64,000 bases of DNA from Nitrospirota bacterium (GTDB lineage: Bacteria; Nitrospirota; UBA9217): positions 256,001 through 320,000 of the forward strand of contig CAVUCU010000004.1 of assembly GCA_963740085.1 (NCBI GenBank), read 5' to 3'. The notes below the pieces were generated by a model. The model did no database searches, was not told where the DNA came from, and was given only the letters and a program-made list of their open reading frames with translations. This document shows, piece by piece, positions 60,855 to 64,000 of this stretch. A program made the translations under genes and the position numbers. Each line of letters starts with the position of its first letter. Position 1 is the first letter of the stretch.

Positions 60855-62211
60855 TGTCAACCCAAAATAGAAATGTCCTACTCTTGCCAAGATAGAAATG
60901 TCCGCTTTTAGGAAGCAATGGGAAGTTGTACGTTTGCTCTCCGGAGTCTCTTCCATGGATGATCTGGTGGTTGATACCGACTTGTTGGTTTCTTATTGGC
61001 TGCCGGTGCTTTAGGGTTTTCTTTTGCTGGCCGTGTTTTGATCTCCCGGTATGTTAATTCCAAACCCCTGTGAGTGATATGCAGAGATCCATCGAGCCGT
61101 TCTTCGACCGCGACCTTTTGGGTTTTTACGGCATCCTTAATCTGGTAGAGTTTGCCATTATAAGCAATGGTAAAATCGTTCCGTAGCGTACGATCCTCTC
61201 GAATGCAGAAAATCTTGTCGAGTTCCCGTATAGACAGCGCCCTTTGGTGTACATCGACTTCAGAAACGGGCTTTACCTTGAATTTCGCATTGTATATTGG
61301 AAGATATTTTATCAGGAATTCATTTGCCTGCGCGACACTGTTAACTCTGGCAAGCCTCATCTCTTTAACCAGCCGATCCTGGAGCGTGCGAAAACTTCTT
61401 TCTATCCTGCCTTTTGCTTGAGGTGAATTAGCGTGGATGACCGTTACCCCGAGTTCGGTTAGACTCCGTTCAAACTGGCTCATGGGTTTTTTATCTTCCA
61501 ACTCATCCTCGATGCTCTGCTTGGCATTGGATTTATACGTTGAGTGCTTATCCAAATAAACGCTCTGTGGAATGCCGTAGCGCTTAATATACCGCTTGAA
61601 ACTGTCCATAGCTGGCATGGTCCCCTCATAGTCATAAAAGCGCCCATTCACCTTTCCTGTGGCATCATCGATATATCCCATTAATACGCACTCAGGGCCT
61701 CGGCCTTCGAACCAGTCATGATGGGAGCCATCCATCTGGATCATTTCACCGAAATGGTGCTTTCTCTCGCGCCACTGCCGGTGCTTTCGTCCTTTCCGCT
61801 TCTCATAGGGGATGCTTTCCTGATTAAGCCATAGACGAAGGGTCTCGTCGCTTAGCTTGATTTCATGAACATCACGAAGCTTCTCGCAGGCAAAGGTGGG
61901 GCCAAAGTCGCCATACTGCTTCCGATACAGCTTAAGCACTTTGTCTTTGAGGCTCTGGGGGAGGCGACGATTCGAGGCTTTGCCGCGGGAACGGTGGCTG
62001 ATGCCATCGTCGCCCTCCTTCCTTACTCGCTTAATTATCCGCCGAATCTGCCTGCTGCTCAAGCCTACAAGTTCTGCAGCCGCCTTCTGCGTGATCCTTT
62101 TATCCAACGCCTGGTGGAGTCACAATACCCTCCGATTACGTCAGGGTATTGTAACTTAGAATAGGACATTTCTACTTTGGCAGAATAGGACATTATCATT
62201 TTGGGAGTACA
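60855..62211 (-). mobile_element. IS1202-like (ISNCY) insertion sequence, probably internally deleted at the transposase 5' end
   Basis: Ends TGTCAACCCAAAATAGAAATGTCC / TGTACTCCCAAAATGATAATGTCC with repeated AATGTCC sub-sites; DDE transposase inside. Confidence 0.85.
60908..62107 (-). CDS. IS1202/ISNCY DDE transposase (N-terminally truncated)
   Basis: QMDGSHHDWFEGR, IDDATG, YLDKHS, SPQAKGRIERSFRTLQDRL. Confidence 0.88.
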   Translation of the reverse strand: MDKRITQKAAAELVGLSSRQIRRIIKRVRKEGDDGISHRSRGKASNRRLPQSLKDKVLKLYRKQYGDFGPTFACEKLRDVHEIKLSDETLRLWLNQESIPYEKRKGRKHRQWRERKHHFGEMIQMDGSHHDWFEGRGPECVLMGYIDDATGKVNGRFYDYEGTMPAMDSFKRYIKRYGIPQSVYLDKHSTYKSNAKQSIEDELEDKKPMSQFERSLTELGVTVIHANSPQAKGRIERSFRTLQDRLVKEMRLARVNSVAQANEFLIKYLPIYNAKFKVKPVSEVDVHQRALSIRELDKIFCIREDRTLRNDFTIAYNGKLYQIKDAVKTQKVAVEERLDGSLHITHRGLELTYREIKTRPAKENPKAPAANKKPTSRYQPPDHPWKRLRRANVQLPIAS

Positions 62212-62324
62212 TGATAGCGATGGAGTATGGAGTATAGCGATGCAGTAATTTAAAGGCGGTGAGTGAGAAGTAACAATTCTATGGATTGTGGTTGGAAATT
62301 AATGTGTTCATTGAACGTCCTATG

Positions 62325-62753
62325 TTAGTACCTTTTAGCTTTAAGAGAATTGATTAAATCCAATATATTTGTCATGATTTCATCCCGTGCTTTCCTGAAT
62401 GCTCCCAGGATCTCCTCTTCAGCACCTTTGGCTTGAACGGGGTCATCAATTGGCCACTGGATGCGTGCTATATGAGGAGGAGTAGTTGGACAAGATGCTT
62501 CTCCGTTTCCACAAAGTGTGATAATCATGTTCATCAAGTTTAAAATGTCATTGTCAATGTCCTTGGATTTTTGACCTGAAATATCTATTCCCAACTCATT
62601 CATGACACGAATCGCGTTTGGATGCACAATCCCTGCAGGCAGACTGCCTGCACTGAATGGAAATAAGACATCTTTGCCGAGCTTCTTGGCAAAGCCTTCC
62701 GCCATTTGGCTTCTAGAGGTGTTGCCAGTGCAGAGAAACATTATTTTAATCAT
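62325..62753 (-). CDS. arsC: Arsenate reductase, thioredoxin-coupled LMW-PTP family
   Basis: CTGNTSRSQMAEG P-loop; TLCG..SCP redox cysteines; W.IDDP. Confidence 0.85.
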   Translation of the reverse strand: MIKIMFLCTGNTSRSQMAEGFAKKLGKDVLFPFSAGSLPAGIVHPNAIRVMNELGIDISGQKSKDIDNDILNLMNMIITLCGNGEASCPTTPPHIARIQWPIDDPVQAKGAEEEILGAFRKARDEIMTNILDLINSLKAKRY

Positions 62754-62779
62754 GAGCTGTGGTTGCTTTCCAGTTTAAT

Positions 62780-62959
62780 TTATTTGCAGTCTGCACGCCA
62801 CAGGCAATTCATTTGACCGCATGTTTGAGCAGAGAAGGTTGCAAAACATGCGTTGCTCCCTTCTGCTGTTTGAATAGCCCTAACGAGGTCTTGTTTATTC
62901 ATTTTCCCAGCCTTAACACCTTTTTGTTTTGCAATTTCCTTTATGTCCTGAACTCTCAT
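62780..62959 (-). CDS. Small SAP/Rho-N-like protein with C-terminal four-Cys cluster; not in ORF track
   Basis: MRVQDIKEIAKQKGVKAGKMNKQDLVRAIQTAEGSNACFATFSAQTCGQMNCLWRADCK; GGAGG RBS. Confidence 0.75.
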   Translation of the reverse strand: MRVQDIKEIAKQKGVKAGKMNKQDLVRAIQTAEGSNACFATFSAQTCGQMNCLWRADCK

Positions 62960-63207
62960 GCCCTAACCTCCAAACTGAGTCATAATTGATAAAATAGATA
63001 TTATTAGCCAAGCTGTACAGCATGAATGCATGTTACTCGTGTTGAGAAAACAAAATACGGCATGTCGACTCATAGGTCAAGTTAAGATTGTGTTACATGC
63101 GGGGTATTTATAGAGAAGAGAAGAAAGTAACAGTGCTATGGATTTCTTTGAGTGGCTGCCGCGCGGGCAATTCCATCCGGTATTCGGAACGTCGTCGTCA
63201 ATCCAAA

Positions 63208-63237
63208 TGTTACATTTCTGTTAAATCTTTTTACACC
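63208..63237 (+). promoter_or_regulatory. Pho-box-like direct repeats
   Basis: TTACA/TTAAA/TTACA at 63210, 63221, 63231; second pair at 63082/63093. Confidence 0.55.
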
Positions 63238-63276
63238 CCTTGAATTATTGTGAAGATAAATGTTATAAGTACGCTT

Positions 63277-63972
63277 ATGAATAATAAAATATTAATTGTC
63301 GATGATGAACCAGATATCGTTGAGCTTGTATCCTATAATCTAAAAAAAGACGGATTCAGGGTTACGACAGCTTCAGACGGCGAAGAGGCACTCAAGAAAA
63401 TCAGGAAAGACAAGTTTGATCTGGTAGTTCTTGACCTTATGCTTCCCGGTCTCCAGGGCGTGGAACTTTGCCGTATCATCAGGAATGATCCAAAGACGGC
63501 TAATACTCCCATTATCATGCTTACCGCGAAAGGGGAGGAAGTGGACAGGGTAATCGGCCTGGAAAGCGGCGCCGATGATTATATGACAAAACCGTTCGGT
63601 TCGAGAGAACTCATCGCGCGCATCAAAGCAGTTTTAAGAAGAACGGGAGAAAAAATCACAAAGGAAAAGACCATCCATATCGGCAAACTGTCCATCAATC
63701 TGGAAACCCACGGCGTTACAAAAGGCAAAGTTCCTCTGGAACTCAGCGCAACTGAATTTAACCTGCTTGTATATCTTGTCGAAAGAAAAGGAAAGGTATT
63801 TAGTCGAGAACAGCTTGTTGACGCAGTGTGGAAGGGAGAGGCTTTTATCGAGCCGAGGACCGTTGATGTCCATATCCGAAGACTGAGGACCCAGATCGAA
63901 GATAATTCATCCGATCCGACATACATAAAAACCCGTAGAGGTGTGGGGTATTATGTGGATACGGATTTATGA
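63277..63972 (+). CDS. phoB: OmpR-family response regulator, PhoB/PhoP-like
   Basis: ILIVDDE, LDLMLPG, MLTAKGEEVDRVIGLESGADDYMTKPF, RTVDVHIRRLR. Confidence 0.75.
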   Translation: MNNKILIVDDEPDIVELVSYNLKKDGFRVTTASDGEEALKKIRKDKFDLVVLDLMLPGLQGVELCRIIRNDPKTANTPIIMLTAKGEEVDRVIGLESGADDYMTKPFGSRELIARIKAVLRRTGEKITKEKTIHIGKLSINLETHGVTKGKVPLELSATEFNLLVYLVERKGKVFSREQLVDAVWKGEAFIEPRTVDVHIRRLRTQIEDNSSDPTYIKTRRGVGYYVDTDL

Positions 63973-64000
63973 AACGGCGAATCTTCGGTCGGATATTTTT
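63969..64000 (+). CDS. Start of probable cognate sensor kinase (PhoR-like), truncated by the window edge
   Basis: ATGA overlap with the regulator stop; MKRRIFGRIF. Confidence 0.45.
   Translation, partial: MKRRIFGRIF

Overview
Accessory-rich bacterial window with moderately high GC. Gene content resembles Nitrospirota or Desulfobacterota/Geobacter (inference only). Five blocks. (1) 1-18.2 kb: duplicated copper/redox surface cassette with Ig-like lipoproteins, a cohesin protein, three SCO + cytochrome c/periplasmic-binding-protein pairs, and a large multicopper oxidase ending in FN3, Ig and a dockerin that the ORF track misses. A sigma-54-type promoter precedes the oxidase unit. (2) 18.3-23 kb: PAP2 protein, an unannotated exported UGA/SECIS selenoprotein candidate next to a Tat-exported sulfite-oxidase/MsrP-family enzyme, a fluoride riboswitch before HAD and HIT genes, and PfpI. 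(3) 23-29.8 kb: 2-oxoacid dehydrogenase E1a/E1b/E2 and putA. (4) 30.1-59.5 kb: a ~29 kb block bounded by tRNA-Ala(GGC) 3' fragments. It encodes atypical AraC response regulators, a 3090-aa DUF11-type surface protein, a multi-OmpA/giant beta-barrel protein, and an Agl-Glt-like TPR + TolQ/ExbD/ExbD/TonB-C module, a candidate uncharacterised energised secretion or surface-assembly system. (5) 59.8-64 kb: patatin, a truncated IS1202-like element, arsC, a small SAP/Cys protein, and a PhoB-like regulator with Pho boxes. Several genes carry single-base frameshifts that look like read errors. All family calls come from motif recognition by eye; no searches were run.
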